Shown: in pieces, positions 7,678 through 17,929 of the stretch
Layout of the letters: the number at the start of each line of letters is the position of its first letter
How positions within the stretch are numbered: the stretch's first letter is position 1
Assembly: GCA_944392815.1 (NCBI GenBank)
Contig: CALXXY010000001.1
Span: 133,141 to 197,140 of the forward strand
Direction: 5' to 3'
Length of the DNA: 64,000 nucleotides
From: an uncultured Alphaproteobacteria bacterium
Lineage (GTDB): Bacteria; Pseudomonadota; Alphaproteobacteria; Rs-D84
Position numbers and translations under genes: made by a program
The notes under the pieces: generated by a model
What the model saw: the letters and a program-made list of their open reading frames with translations, nothing else
The model's database searches: none
Told to the model about the DNA's origin: nothing

Positions 7678-9448
7678 ATATCAGTTTCGCATCGCGCAAC
7701 AACTGTTCCAGGTATGTACCACGAACGTGTTTCATGCCCTGTTTTTCCAACAGCTTCATAACCCACGGAACGTCCAATTGCTGCAGTTTTTTACAATCGT
7801 TCAAATAATAAATACTTTGCAACAACATGCGAATATCAAAACAGGAATCGAAAACTTCGGGAACACCGCGGTCGATATTTAACAGGGTGTATACGGCCTG
7901 CATCGCTGTGCGTACCGAATATTCTGTGGTGAACACAGTGTCGCGTTCTGTTTCTGCATAGTTGCCAATAAACGCCAGGTTCACAGAACCACGCGGCACA
8001 ACCAGTGGTCTGTCGCCCAATGCACGCGGCATAAAATACGTTGTTATATACGGCATGTGCGACGGGACTGTGCTGGATTTATTGTGCGCGATATCGTCAA
8101 TTTGCGCCAGTGGCACGCCAATATGATACAGCCATTCCGCGCATAATTCTGCGCCTGTGCAGTCCGCGATTTTTTTCTTTACATAATTTCCGTCTGTGTC
8201 GGACAACAACCCATATGTCCAAACGACAATTTCGTTTGGTTTTTGTGCACGAAAATGCGGCTGGCGCGAAATGCTGAATCCGTACAGCCAATTGGAATCT
8301 TTGATTGTCACAGGACCGCTGCTGACGATTGATCCGCTGTGCGGATTTTTTTTGCAGATTTTTTCTATGTACGGCACGACTGTGTCATCAAACAATGTGA
8401 TTGTCGCAGATATAACCCAATTCGCAGCCGGAATATTTTCACAGAATTTTTCGGGTCGTCCAAATTCATCGCACTGGGCCGCCAGATTTTTCCACAACTG
8501 CCACGACGCGCCCAATTCGTGCGTTTGTTCTGCGGGGGTGTCGTTATCGCCGTATGTGGTGCTTTCGGTTATGGAACCATTGGTGACGAAAACCAAATCA
8601 TCTGGTGACAATTTGATTTCGCGACGACGGCCCGATTTTATCAATTCTATTTTTTGGGCGATTTTTTTGTTTTGTTTGCAATTGACGTCTATGTTGGTAA
8701 TCGTTGTATCAAAATGAAATTTTACACCGTGCGATTCCAACCAGCGCACCAGCGGCGTTATCAGTGATTCATATTGATTATATTTCGTGAATTTTAATGC
8801 AGACATGTCCGCCAATTTGCCAACATGATGAATGAAACGCAATAAATAGCGGCGCATTTCCATCGCACTGGACCATTTTTCAAACGCAAACATGGTCGCC
8901 CAATATAACCAGAAATTGGATTCAAAAAATTCATCACCAAATACTTGATCGATTTGAACGTCCTGTAATTTTTCTTCGGGCGTCAGGGCTAAATCTATCA
9001 TTTCACGAATAGCGGTCGGCGTCAGTGTTAATTTGCCGTCGTCGCGCATGCGGTGGCCACGGCGTTCAATCGCACGGCAATGTGAAAAACTGGGGTCGGA
9101 TTTATTCAGCCAATAAAATTCGTCCAACACGGAAATGTCTGGATTTTCCAACGACGGAATCGAACGGAACAAATCCCACAGAGTTTCAAAGTGGGCCTCC
9201 ATTTCGCGGCCACCACGAATAATAAATCCGCGCTGGGGATTTTTTATGCCGTCCATACTGCCGCCGGCGATGGGTAATTCTTCGAAAATGTGAATTTTGT
9301 TGCCGCGCATTTTACCGTCGCGAATCATGAACACGGCGGCCGCCAATCCAGCCAGTCCACCACCAACTATGTACGCAGATTTTTTCGACGCGTCTGATGG
9401 TGGTAATGGGTTGGCAAATGCTTCGTAATTGCCATTGCTGTAATACAT
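7676..9448 (-). CDS. ohyA: Oleate hydratase (MCRA family, FAD-dependent)
   Basis: MYYSNGNYEAF...SAYIVGGGLAGLAAAVFMIRDG FAD motif; 590 aa typical of MCRA hydratases. Confidence 0.85.
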   Translation of the reverse strand: MYYSNGNYEAFANPLPPSDASKKSAYIVGGGLAGLAAAVFMIRDGKMRGNKIHIFEELPIAGGSMDGIKNPQRGFIIRGGREMEAHFETLWDLFRSIPSLENPDISVLDEFYWLNKSDPSFSHCRAIERRGHRMRDDGKLTLTPTAIREMIDLALTPEEKLQDVQIDQVFGDEFFESNFWLYWATMFAFEKWSSAMEMRRYLLRFIHHVGKLADMSALKFTKYNQYESLITPLVRWLESHGVKFHFDTTITNIDVNCKQNKKIAQKIELIKSGRRREIKLSPDDLVFVTNGSITESTTYGDNDTPAEQTHELGASWQLWKNLAAQCDEFGRPEKFCENIPAANWVISATITLFDDTVVPYIEKICKKNPHSGSIVSSGPVTIKDSNWLYGFSISRQPHFRAQKPNEIVVWTYGLLSDTDGNYVKKKIADCTGAELCAEWLYHIGVPLAQIDDIAHNKSSTVPSHMPYITTYFMPRALGDRPLVVPRGSVNLAFIGNYAETERDTVFTTEYSVRTAMQAVYTLLNIDRGVPEVFDSCFDIRMLLQSIYYLNDCKKLQQLDVPWVMKLLEKQGMKHVRGTYLEQLLRDAKLI

Positions 9449-9591
9449 TATGTTTCTCCTTTGGTTATATGCACGCCATAATTTTAAACAGTGCCCGCGG
9501 GCAAATAAACAGGACTGATTTCACATGCCATTTTTCACTTGAGTCATATGAATAAAATTTCTATGATAAAAATAACGAAAGGGGTGACAAC

Positions 9592-10776
9592 ATGGGGAAA
9601 ATTCCGTATTTCTGGGTATTTATGGGTTTGGTGTTGGCGGCATGTACTGATGGTGGGTCGCCTTCGGCGGGGCATATCAACATGCGGCCCGAGGGTATGA
9701 CCCCAGGTCGCGGCCCTGAGACCGACACGGTCAAGGGCAGTAATAATGCCGTCACCGGTATGATTGTCACAAACAAGGCGCAGGTTATTAATTATATCGC
9801 GAGTGAGTTCAAGGGCGCCCCGACATGGGAAAATAAAACGTCCGACAATACGCTTATTGCCAATGCGGCCATTGAAATCGCCAGTGGCGAATACAGCACA
9901 TATGACGCGGAAAACAGTGGCGTATGGGGGCCGGCGCTGTGGGTGGTGTCGCATGATTTATATTCCACGTGCGGGTCGGCGGAAAATGTTGCTAAATGCG
10001 TATCCGATTGGCGTACGGAAAATCCTGATGTGGTCAGCCAGGAACTGAATACACTGTTGCGTAATGCACAGGCACTGGATATCACAGACGCGATTTTTGC
10101 AGACGCGGAAAATACACAATTGCACTTTACCGTTGGCGAAAACGGCAAAATCGACAGCATCGTACTGGGCCGCACAACGTATGGGCGCGACAGTGACAGT
10201 GGAAACGTGTTCACGGCCGAAAACGGCAGCAGTGTGACATATGACAGTGGTGCAACTTTGGCGCAAAAATTCCAATTGTCGTATTCTGATTTTGGAACAT
10301 ATCAAATCACGACCAATGATGTTGCGGGACCAAAAATCGCCTTTGCTGGTGGGTACGGTGATAAACGTATTGAGATAGCAAACGTTGCCGCGTTGGACGG
10401 CAAAACGACAACGTTTACCGGCAAAGCCATTGGGACCGTCGCAAATGGCAATAAAACAATAGATTTGGACGGCAGTGCGACATTGAAATTTGATGACACG
10501 GGGGCTGCGCCTGTGACTACGTTGGGCGCCACCGGATTTTCCAATTGGTACAGTTTTACCGTCACCCAGGAATCTGACCAAAATCCAACAATTCAATTTG
10601 ATACAAGTTTAACCAATAAAGTCCCCGAAGGTTTCCAGGTCGAGGGCAATGGCGATGTATCCATGAATGTCGGATATTATGGTCCAAATGCCGATACACC
10701 GATAGAGGCCACCGGACTGGTACAATATACCGAGGGCGATATAAAGATGGACATGGCGTTCGGTGTTAAACAATAA
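9592..10776 (+). CDS. Surface lipoprotein, TbpB/fHbp-like (Slam-dependent SLP candidate) 1
   Basis: Lipobox LVLAAC; C-terminal ...YSDFGTY...FAGGYG...FTGKAIG...YYGPNADTPIEATGLV...MDMAFGVKQ shared with the next ORF. Confidence 0.65.
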   Translation: MGKIPYFWVFMGLVLAACTDGGSPSAGHINMRPEGMTPGRGPETDTVKGSNNAVTGMIVTNKAQVINYIASEFKGAPTWENKTSDNTLIANAAIEIASGEYSTYDAENSGVWGPALWVVSHDLYSTCGSAENVAKCVSDWRTENPDVVSQELNTLLRNAQALDITDAIFADAENTQLHFTVGENGKIDSIVLGRTTYGRDSDSGNVFTAENGSSVTYDSGATLAQKFQLSYSDFGTYQITTNDVAGPKIAFAGGYGDKRIEIANVAALDGKTTTFTGKAIGTVANGNKTIDLDGSATLKFDDTGAAPVTTLGATGFSNWYSFTVTQESDQNPTIQFDTSLTNKVPEGFQVEGNGDVSMNVGYYGPNADTPIEATGLVQYTEGDIKMDMAFGVKQ

Positions 10777-10797
10777 ATAATCGCAGGGGGAACGGGC

Positions 10798-12054
10798 ATG
10801 AAGCGAACTTTGGTTGCCACAATCAGTGTGCTGATGTTATTAACCGCATGTGCAACGGACAACAGTTCGCCAACGTACCCGATGGGCAGTGACGGATATG
10901 TGCCCAGGCCGGTAAATCCAGCCACGGGTTTTGAAAACACCGATGATTACGTTGCGATACGTGACAATCAAAACATCACACCAATGTACATGCGCAGCGA
11001 AAATCAGGTTGCTGATTATATCGATTATCGATTAAATGAATGGGATTCTTTTAATCCAGATTTTGGTGATGATGTTAATCGCGGGGATATCGCGGCGGCG
11101 GCGCTGTTTTTGACCAACCCAGATTTAACAGCCAAGGATATAAATAACTATTTCAATGGCAAAGAACAACTGTTTCACATGGCGATGTATGTCATAGACA
11201 ATCGTTTGGACAGATGTTTTGATGGGGGCACCACCCCGGCGGCGTGCTTTATTGATTGGCGCGATGATAAAACTGATGATTTTAATGCCATTGCCACAGA
11301 AATAAAAAACAATGCCGTGGTATTATATCCAACGGAATCTGGGGAAAATCAGGCCATATTTAAAACTGATTCAGATAAACTGTTAACGTTTATTTTTGAC
11401 AATGATTCTGGTCGCATTTCTGGAATAAAATTTGGTGCGGGTGATAATGCAACACAATATTCCACTGGTGACGGTCATGTGTTCGAACAAATAACCGACG
11501 ATGCAATAAAAACATTACAGTATGATTCTGTGTCACGCGCAGATGGTGTTGGACTGACGTATTCTGATTTTGGGCATTATTATACACAAACACTGAATCA
11601 AAACAGCGAAATATCGGATATGGGCAGTGGCGTTTTTGCAGGCGGATATGCGTCAAAGCAAATTACACCAGATGTCGCCAAATTTAACAAAACCGCATTT
11701 TCTGGCAAAGCGGTTGCCAAGGTGACGCCCACTGATAACCAATCACACAATTTTTATGGAAATGCAACTTTATACGTTGACACGAATGGCGACACAAATT
11801 TAACCGCGGACTTTGCAGATTGGTATACTGTTGTTGCGGAATCAACATTGGGTTCGTCTGGGGCACAATTCACATTCACTGGCAACGACCAGAATATTGA
11901 TGAAAAATATCGTTTTAACAACGATACATTATCGGGCACCATGAATATCGAATATTATGGACCAGATGGCACCACCGTGACCGAGGCCGTAGGCCTGATT
12001 AACGTGGCGGAACAAAACGGTTTGCGCGCCGATATGGCATTTGGTGTAAAGTAA
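10798..12054 (+). CDS. Surface lipoprotein, TbpB/fHbp-like (Slam-dependent SLP candidate) 2
   Basis: Lipobox LLTAC; C-terminal ...YSDFGHY...FAGGYA...FSGKAVA...YYGPDGTTVTEAVGLI...ADMAFGVK. Confidence 0.65.
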   Translation: MKRTLVATISVLMLLTACATDNSSPTYPMGSDGYVPRPVNPATGFENTDDYVAIRDNQNITPMYMRSENQVADYIDYRLNEWDSFNPDFGDDVNRGDIAAAALFLTNPDLTAKDINNYFNGKEQLFHMAMYVIDNRLDRCFDGGTTPAACFIDWRDDKTDDFNAIATEIKNNAVVLYPTESGENQAIFKTDSDKLLTFIFDNDSGRISGIKFGAGDNATQYSTGDGHVFEQITDDAIKTLQYDSVSRADGVGLTYSDFGHYYTQTLNQNSEISDMGSGVFAGGYASKQITPDVAKFNKTAFSGKAVAKVTPTDNQSHNFYGNATLYVDTNGDTNLTADFADWYTVVAESTLGSSGAQFTFTGNDQNIDEKYRFNNDTLSGTMNIEYYGPDGTTVTEAVGLINVAEQNGLRADMAFGVK

Positions 12055-12058
12055 TATT

Positions 12059-13435
12059 TTGAAAAAAATAGTTCTGATTATTTGTTTTGTTATGTGTTTG
12101 CCTGGGGTGACCCGGGCAAATTCTGCGTTGGGCACCGCGGGGGTGGCCGACAACAATTCCACCCCGCGCGAAGTGACCATGTCCGCACTGGACGCGATGA
12201 AAATGGTTGGCGCAATGGTGGACAACGGCGAATTGGATATGGCCGAACAAATTCTGGACAAAATGCCTGCGTTTGGGGGCGGGCCGCTGGAAATAGAACG
12301 TTGGTTTTTGACCGCACGAATTGCCGCATACAGGGGCGATTTTGACACTGCAATTGATATTTATCGCGATATTTTGGACGCGCACCCAGATTTGGCACGT
12401 GTGCGTTTCGAATTGGCTGTGTGCTATATGAAAACAAAACAATGGTATCGCGCGGATTATCAATTGCGCCTGGCCATGGCGGGAAATGATTTGCCGGATA
12501 ATATTCGGCAAATGATGAACTATTACCGTTATGTTATTCGGCAAAATAAAAATTGGAATGTTTGGTTTAATTTTGGCGCGGCACCCGATAACAATGTTAA
12601 CAATGCCACCGGTGGCCAGGAATGCGTTATGACGCCGCTGGGGCCGTTGTGTCACAATTTAGTGGAACCTGAATCTGCGGTCGGGTTTAATTTGGCATTC
12701 GGGGGAAATTACGAATTTAAATTGTCCGAACAGTGGCGCTGGAAAACCGAGGCCGGCATATATTCCAACACGTATACTTTGCATGATTATGACGATTTGT
12801 ATCTGTATGCGTCAACGGGCCCGCGATTTATCTGGTCGCGGGGTGATGTATGGGCCGCTGCGGTTGGGTCGCGGCGTTGGTATGGGTGGGACAAATATAA
12901 TTGGTCGGCCGGTGGCCGCATTGGCGCCAGTTATGATTTTACCCGCAAATTACTGGGGCGGTTGGATTTTCAGATTACGTCCAACAAATACGATGTTTAT
13001 GCAGAATATCTGAACGGCGAAACGTATTCGTTGAATACTGAATTGTTTTATTCCATTTTGCCGAATTTTTATACTGTATTGCGCACAGGCGTCGCACGCG
13101 AATGGGCGGCGTCGGAAACATATTCGTATTGGACCCCGCGCGTCAGTATCGGCATTGGCGCAGAATTGCCGTGGGGATTCAATCTGTATGTGGAACCGGC
13201 GTTTTATTGGCAACTGTATGATGGCCAGCAATGGTCTGTCCAGGACGGTTGGTTCAAACGGGTGACTGAACGCGATTTTTCGCAACGCTATGCCGTGTAT
13301 TTATCGAACAATAAATTTGACGTTATGGGGTTCGTGCCGACGGTCGTGTTCAGTTATACCCGCCGCGATTCCAATATATGGCAACGTGAATACGACAGAT
13401 GGGCGGTGGAATTTACAATGTCCCAACGTTTCTGA
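12059..13435 (+). CDS. Slam (surface lipoprotein assembly modulator): N-terminal TPR + C-terminal DUF560 outer-membrane barrel
   Basis: TTG start; signal peptide MKKIVLIICFVMCLPGVTRA; TPR-like ...ARIAAYRGDFDTAIDIYRDILDAHPDLARVRFELAVCYMK...; C-terminal half is aromatic-rich beta-strand sequence ending in F. Confidence 0.7.
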   Translation: MKKIVLIICFVMCLPGVTRANSALGTAGVADNNSTPREVTMSALDAMKMVGAMVDNGELDMAEQILDKMPAFGGGPLEIERWFLTARIAAYRGDFDTAIDIYRDILDAHPDLARVRFELAVCYMKTKQWYRADYQLRLAMAGNDLPDNIRQMMNYYRYVIRQNKNWNVWFNFGAAPDNNVNNATGGQECVMTPLGPLCHNLVEPESAVGFNLAFGGNYEFKLSEQWRWKTEAGIYSNTYTLHDYDDLYLYASTGPRFIWSRGDVWAAAVGSRRWYGWDKYNWSAGGRIGASYDFTRKLLGRLDFQITSNKYDVYAEYLNGETYSLNTELFYSILPNFYTVLRTGVAREWAASETYSYWTPRVSIGIGAELPWGFNLYVEPAFYWQLYDGQQWSVQDGWFKRVTERDFSQRYAVYLSNNKFDVMGFVPTVVFSYTRRDSNIWQREYDRWAVEFTMSQRF

Positions 13436-13445
13436 TACAACAAAC

Positions 13446-13472
13446 ACGGCACCGATTGGTGCCGCGTTTATA
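13446..13472. terminator. Bidirectional terminator shared by Slam and rpmG
   Basis: cggcacc-gatt-ggtgccg hairpin with T-runs on both strands. Confidence 0.5.
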
Positions 13473-13494
13473 AACTGAACATGCCACAAATAAA

Positions 13495-13674
13495 TTAGTG
13501 GGGCATTTTAGCTTCGGTCATTACGACATGTTTACGCAGTTTCGGATCGTATTTGCGGAATTTCATTTTACCGGCGGTATTTTCCGAACGCGTGTTTTTT
13601 GTTGTTGTATAGAAATAGCCAGTTTCTTTGTTTTCCAGCTTTACAACTTCTTTGCTGCCTTTCTTTGATGCCAT
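13495..13674 (-). CDS. rpmG: 50S ribosomal protein L33
   Basis: 59 aa [59 protein letters not shown]; below the ORF-track size cutoff. Confidence 0.85.
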   Translation of the reverse strand: MASKKGSKEVVKLENKETGYFYTTTKNTRSENTAGKMKFRKYDPKLRKHVVMTEAKMPH

Positions 13675-13831
13675 TTTATAAACCTTTTATCTATTGTGCG
13701 TGGTATTTTATGGTAAAAATTACTGGAAATCAAGTACTTTTTATCATAGTATTATCAATACGATGCGGGTATGGCGACTACGCAGCGAAGCGAAGTGCCG
13801 CCGGGACGCAGAACATATTGTTGTACAGAAC

Positions 13832-13916
13832 GCGGGTATGGCGAAACTGGCAGACGCGCTGGATTTAGGTTCCAGTGGGGCAACCCATCAGGGTTCAAAT
13901 CCCTGTACCCGCACCA
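13832..13916 (+). tRNA. tRNA-Leu (TAG)
   Basis: gcgggtatggcgaaactggcagacgcgctggatttaggttccagtggggcaacccatcagggttcaaatccctgtacccgcacca; long variable arm. Confidence 0.9.
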
Positions 13917-14046
13917 ATATTTCCCATTAATACACCGGATAATTACGCGGATACGACGCATCGGGGCGTGCCAGTTCGGATTTTACCCCGCACGCCGATG
14001 TTGCCAATGTTGCCAATAACAAAAATCCCAAAAATATTTTTTTCAT

Positions 14047-16278
14047 TTATTTTCCAAATTTACCACTGCGCGGGAAACCAACGGGAACTGTACGCCCCTG
14101 GGACGCACGACGGCCCGCCCATGGTGCCCAATCGTCCAGTTTGGTTGTGCCGCGCCCGGTTGTCCACCCAAATCCGTCCGACGCGTTGAAAAACATCACG
14201 TCCAAAACATATGTGCGTTCTGCATTGTATTTTTGCAGAATTACGCCCTTGCCCCGGGTCATTTCAGGAATTTCGGCGGTCGGGAATATTAACAATTTAT
14301 CATTTGACCCAGACATCGCAACCGTATCGCCAGTGACGGGCACACACATAATTGCCCTGTTGCGATCGTCTGTGTTCATGATTTGTTTGCCGGTGCGTGT
14401 TTGCGCCAGGCAATTTTCACCCGCAACGATGAATCCGGTTCCATGGCGTCCAACCAACAAATATTTTGCCGATGTATCCAATACAAACGCAGCGACTATG
14501 TTTTCGTCCGCACCGATATCGGCCATCATACGCACTGATTCACCAAACCCGCGCGCAGACGGCAAATCGTTCGCCGATAAAGTGAACATTTTTCCACCAC
14601 TGGCAAACAAATTGATTTTATCCGTGGACATGGCGTGAAATGCGAATTGCAGTTCGTCGCCCTCTTTGAATTTCATGTCCAGGTTGTTTAAATCCAGCGT
14701 ACCTTTGGCGGCACGAATCCAACCGGCGGTGGACAGTATGATTGTCAGCGGTTCTTTTTCGATAAATTCATCGGTGTTTACGACGATTTCCTGGGTTGTC
14801 GGCACCCATTGAGTACGACGGTGCCCCAGCGCAGTTTTTTTATCATAGCGTTTTTTAATATCTGCGAACCAGGCCTTTAACTGTTCATTTTGGGCGTCTG
14901 GACTGGCCAATAATTCGCGTAATTGTTTTTGTTCGGCCAATAATGCGGCATCTTCGCGGCGGATTTCCATTTCCTCTAATTTGCGCAATGAACGCAGACG
15001 AGTGTTCAGAATTGCCTCTACCTGGATTTCGGTCAATTTGAATTCGGACATTAATACAGATTTTGCGTCATCTTCGTTTCTGATGATTTCAATTACACGG
15101 TCCAGATTCAAATAAACTATTAATAACCCACCCAGGATTTCCAACCGGCGTTCAATGTTGCCCAGCCGCCAATTCGTGCGACGCACCAGTACGTTTTTCT
15201 GGTGCGCGATAAATTCACGCAAAACATCGCCAATGCCCATAACGCGTGGCACACCACGTGAATCGATGACGTTGAAATTCATATTGAATTTGTATTCCAA
15301 ATCCGTCATCGCAAATAAATGCGCCATCATTTTATCCGCCGGGACATTACGGCTTTTGGGGGTGATTACAATTCGTACAGATGTTGTAGATTCGTCCGCA
15401 ATATCGTCCACCAATGGCAATTTTTTCGCGTCTATTAAATTCGCGATTTGTTCCACCAGTTTAGATTTTATCAATCCATATGGAATTTCTGTGATAACGA
15501 CCTGTTCCGCGCCACGATCCAATTTTTCCACGTCCCATTTTGCGCGAATGCGAAATGCGCCACGGCCTGTATCATAATTTTTTACAATTGTATCAAAAGA
15601 ATCAATCAGTACGCCACCCGTTGGAAAATCTGGCCCGATTAATTTTTTCATAATCTGGGCGGTTGTGGCGTCTGGATTATCCACCACCAGGGTCAAGGCA
15701 TCACAAACCTCGGCCACGTTGTGGGTGGGGATATTGGTTGCCATGCCGACGGCAATACCCATGCCGCCATTGGCCAACAAATTCGGAAATGCCCCGGGCA
15801 TAACCACAGGTTCCACTGTGGTGCCGTCAAAATTCGGCATCATGTCGACGCTGTCTTCGTCAATGCCCTCCATAATCAACATGGCGGCGTCGGTCATTTT
15901 GGATTCGGTATAACGATATGCCGCCTGGGGATCACCGTCGATATTACCAAAGTTTCCCTGGCCATCAATTAATGGATAGCGCACGGAAAAATCCTGGGCC
16001 AGACGAACCATCGCATCGTACACAGATGAATCACCATGCGGGTGATAATGACCCAACACGTCACCAACAACGGTTGCACATTTACGAAATGCCGCACTGG
16101 GCGATAATTTTTGCCGCAGCATCGAATATAAAATGCGACGATGAACGGGTTTCAGCCCGTCACGCACATCGGGCAATGCACGCGACACAATTGTGCTGAC
16201 CGCGTATGACAAATACCGTTGGGACAGTGCGTCCGACAGTTGTTGTGAATCTATTCTTTCGATAATTTCCTTGCTCAT
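14047..16278 (-). CDS. parC: DNA topoisomerase IV subunit A (alphaproteobacterial type)
   Basis: Start moved to the ATG at 16278 ([53 protein letters not shown]...); active-site AAYRYTE Tyr; 744 aa, shorter than GyrA. Confidence 0.85.
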   Translation of the reverse strand: MSKEIIERIDSQQLSDALSQRYLSYAVSTIVSRALPDVRDGLKPVHRRILYSMLRQKLSPSAAFRKCATVVGDVLGHYHPHGDSSVYDAMVRLAQDFSVRYPLIDGQGNFGNIDGDPQAAYRYTESKMTDAAMLIMEGIDEDSVDMMPNFDGTTVEPVVMPGAFPNLLANGGMGIAVGMATNIPTHNVAEVCDALTLVVDNPDATTAQIMKKLIGPDFPTGGVLIDSFDTIVKNYDTGRGAFRIRAKWDVEKLDRGAEQVVITEIPYGLIKSKLVEQIANLIDAKKLPLVDDIADESTTSVRIVITPKSRNVPADKMMAHLFAMTDLEYKFNMNFNVIDSRGVPRVMGIGDVLREFIAHQKNVLVRRTNWRLGNIERRLEILGGLLIVYLNLDRVIEIIRNEDDAKSVLMSEFKLTEIQVEAILNTRLRSLRKLEEMEIRREDAALLAEQKQLRELLASPDAQNEQLKAWFADIKKRYDKKTALGHRRTQWVPTTQEIVVNTDEFIEKEPLTIILSTAGWIRAAKGTLDLNNLDMKFKEGDELQFAFHAMSTDKINLFASGGKMFTLSANDLPSARGFGESVRMMADIGADENIVAAFVLDTSAKYLLVGRHGTGFIVAGENCLAQTRTGKQIMNTDDRNRAIMCVPVTGDTVAMSGSNDKLLIFPTAEIPEMTRGKGVILQKYNAERTYVLDVMFFNASDGFGWTTGRGTTKLDDWAPWAGRRASQGRTVPVGFPRSGKFGK

Positions 16279-16579
16279 GACAGTGATAAAATTAAAACAT
16301 TTGAAAAAAAATAACAACTGAAAAAAATTGCACTTTTTTGACTTGCAATTTATTTTTTTATGTATATATGTATATACAAACTTTGGTTCCCCATTTTTGG
16401 GGCGGGCTGCTGGGGTTTCTGGCAAGTCGGGGCATTTGAATCCGTTTCAGATGTCTGAATGTACGCGACGCGCATATGTCGGCGTTGCGAACCAATCAAA
16501 CAAAACATAAAAACGAACTGTGGTGAAACTGGCCATGCGCGCCAGTCGGCCATTTTGATTGCAAAGCAGGAGGACAATT

Positions 16580-17320
16580 ATGCACATATTAAAAAGAACC
16601 GTTCCGTACGTGCTGTCCAGCGCAGCTGTGATGTTCGGCATAGGAAATATTTCCAATTCAGGCAATCGCGTTGGCAAATATGCCAGTCCTGATACACAAT
16701 TCATTGCGGAAATTCGTCCCGCCCCAAAAACGCCACTGGTGCTGGATTTTGTATCAGACACAAACAAAGACACGGACAGCAGTGCCGTCAGTGCCACCGC
16801 CGCACGATATGATGTTATATACACCCGCGCAAACGGCAACCAATTCCGTCGCAGTGGGGGCACACGCGCATGGCGCAATAATAATCCGGGGTGTTTGCGG
16901 TATTCTGAATTTACTGTGACCCAGGGCGCAATTGGACACGCCGGCGGATTTGCTGTATTTCCCGATGATTCAACCGGAATGCAGGCAATTTGTGCACTGT
17001 TAAAATCGGACAGTTATCGTGATTTAACTATATCCCAGGCGATTTTCAAATATGCCCCGCCCCATGAAAATGATACTGAAAACTATAACGCCAGTTTGCG
17101 GAAAATTACTGGGCTAGATACGGCCACAAAATTATCCGCACTGACCGATGAACAAATTATGCGCGTGGCGCGCGCAATCCGCGTGGTCGAGGGCTGGACC
17201 CCCGGTCGCGAAACATATATCTATGTCGCGCCAAAACAGGTTCCATCACGCGACACAGTTGATTTTTATGCCGCGTTGCAAAATCAGATTGTGCAAAAGC
17301 AATTTGAACGGGTAATATAA
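16580..17320 (+). CDS. Secreted/anchored protein with conserved C-terminal 'RAWRNNNPGN' domain (paralog 1)
   Basis: aggagg RBS; MHILKRTVPYVLSSAAVMFGIGN signal/anchor; C-terminal ~140 aa match 18955-19971 (GGTRAWRNNNPGCLRYS...GFAVFPDDSTGM...YAPPHENDT...EGWTPGR). Confidence 0.55.
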   Translation: MHILKRTVPYVLSSAAVMFGIGNISNSGNRVGKYASPDTQFIAEIRPAPKTPLVLDFVSDTNKDTDSSAVSATAARYDVIYTRANGNQFRRSGGTRAWRNNNPGCLRYSEFTVTQGAIGHAGGFAVFPDDSTGMQAICALLKSDSYRDLTISQAIFKYAPPHENDTENYNASLRKITGLDTATKLSALTDEQIMRVARAIRVVEGWTPGRETYIYVAPKQVPSRDTVDFYAALQNQIVQKQFERVI

Positions 17321-17323
17321 AAA

Positions 17324-17347
17324 ATCGCGCCATTGGCGCGTTTTTTA
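17324..17347 (+). terminator. Terminator after paralog 1
   Basis: cgcgcc-att-ggcgcg + T6. Confidence 0.65.
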
Positions 17348-17348
17348 T

Positions 17349-17624
17349 TTATGACAATTTATTTTTTATTTCGCGTATGCGGGCCAAAATTTCACGCAAA
17401 TCGGCATCTGTCACCGTGGGGGTGGGACGATTATGAATTTCGTCCGCCAATACTATGCACAATGTTGCCAACAGTGCATTTTCCGGCAATGGCCCGATTT
17501 TATCCAATATTTCGCGGGCGCGCGCGTCCACCATTTTGCCCAATTCTATCAGGCGGCCTTCTTGGCCATCTTCGCAACCCATGGGGTAATTTTTGTTGAC
17601 AATTGGTATGGACACAACACTCAT
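17349..17624 (-). CDS. Hypothetical small protein
   Basis: 91-aa ORF, ATGA-overlapped with the upstream ORF; no recognisable motif. Confidence 0.3.
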   Translation of the reverse strand: MSVVSIPIVNKNYPMGCEDGQEGRLIELGKMVDARAREILDKIGPLPENALLATLCIVLADEIHNRPTPTVTDADLREILARIREIKNKLS

Positions 17625-17929
17625 TTCAAATTCTTTAGTATAGATATGGATTGATTTATCATTTCCGTGGCATTGGCATTTTTTTCACGCAGGGTGCGCA
17701 CCTGTTCGGTCAGGATTGCAACCTCCAGATCCGTTTGTTTGCCGGCATTAACCGCCACGGAACGCAATTTTGCGGCCAAATCTTCGACTGTGGCCAATTC
17801 CTGAAAAATTTGTTGTTTTAAATCGGACATATTATCAGTGTAAGATATTTTTTGCATGCGTTCAACACTAAAATGTGGTATAATGTCCGCATCAAGTGGG
17901 GGATTTATTTCAATGAAAACTAAAATCAT
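17621..17929 (-). CDS. Hypothetical small coiled-coil protein
   Basis: 102-aa ORF; heptad-rich QQIFQELATVEDLAAKLRSVAVNAGKQTDLEVAILTEQVRTLREK. Confidence 0.3.
   Translation of the reverse strand: MILVFIEINPPLDADIIPHFSVERMQKISYTDNMSDLKQQIFQELATVEDLAAKLRSVAVNAGKQTDLEVAILTEQVRTLREKNANATEMINQSISILKNLK

Noticed and set aside
14141-16199. Plus-strand ORFs 14141-14638, 15155-15577, 15721-15972 and others inside parC
   Set aside because: Shadow ORFs opposite a confidently assigned 744-aa topoisomerase gene.
16441-16464. ttcagatgtctgaa, resembling a neisserial DNA-uptake sequence (..GTCTGAA)
   Set aside because: Single occurrence, not the canonical GCCGTCTGAA, and no further copies seen in the window. 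It is just a short palindrome.
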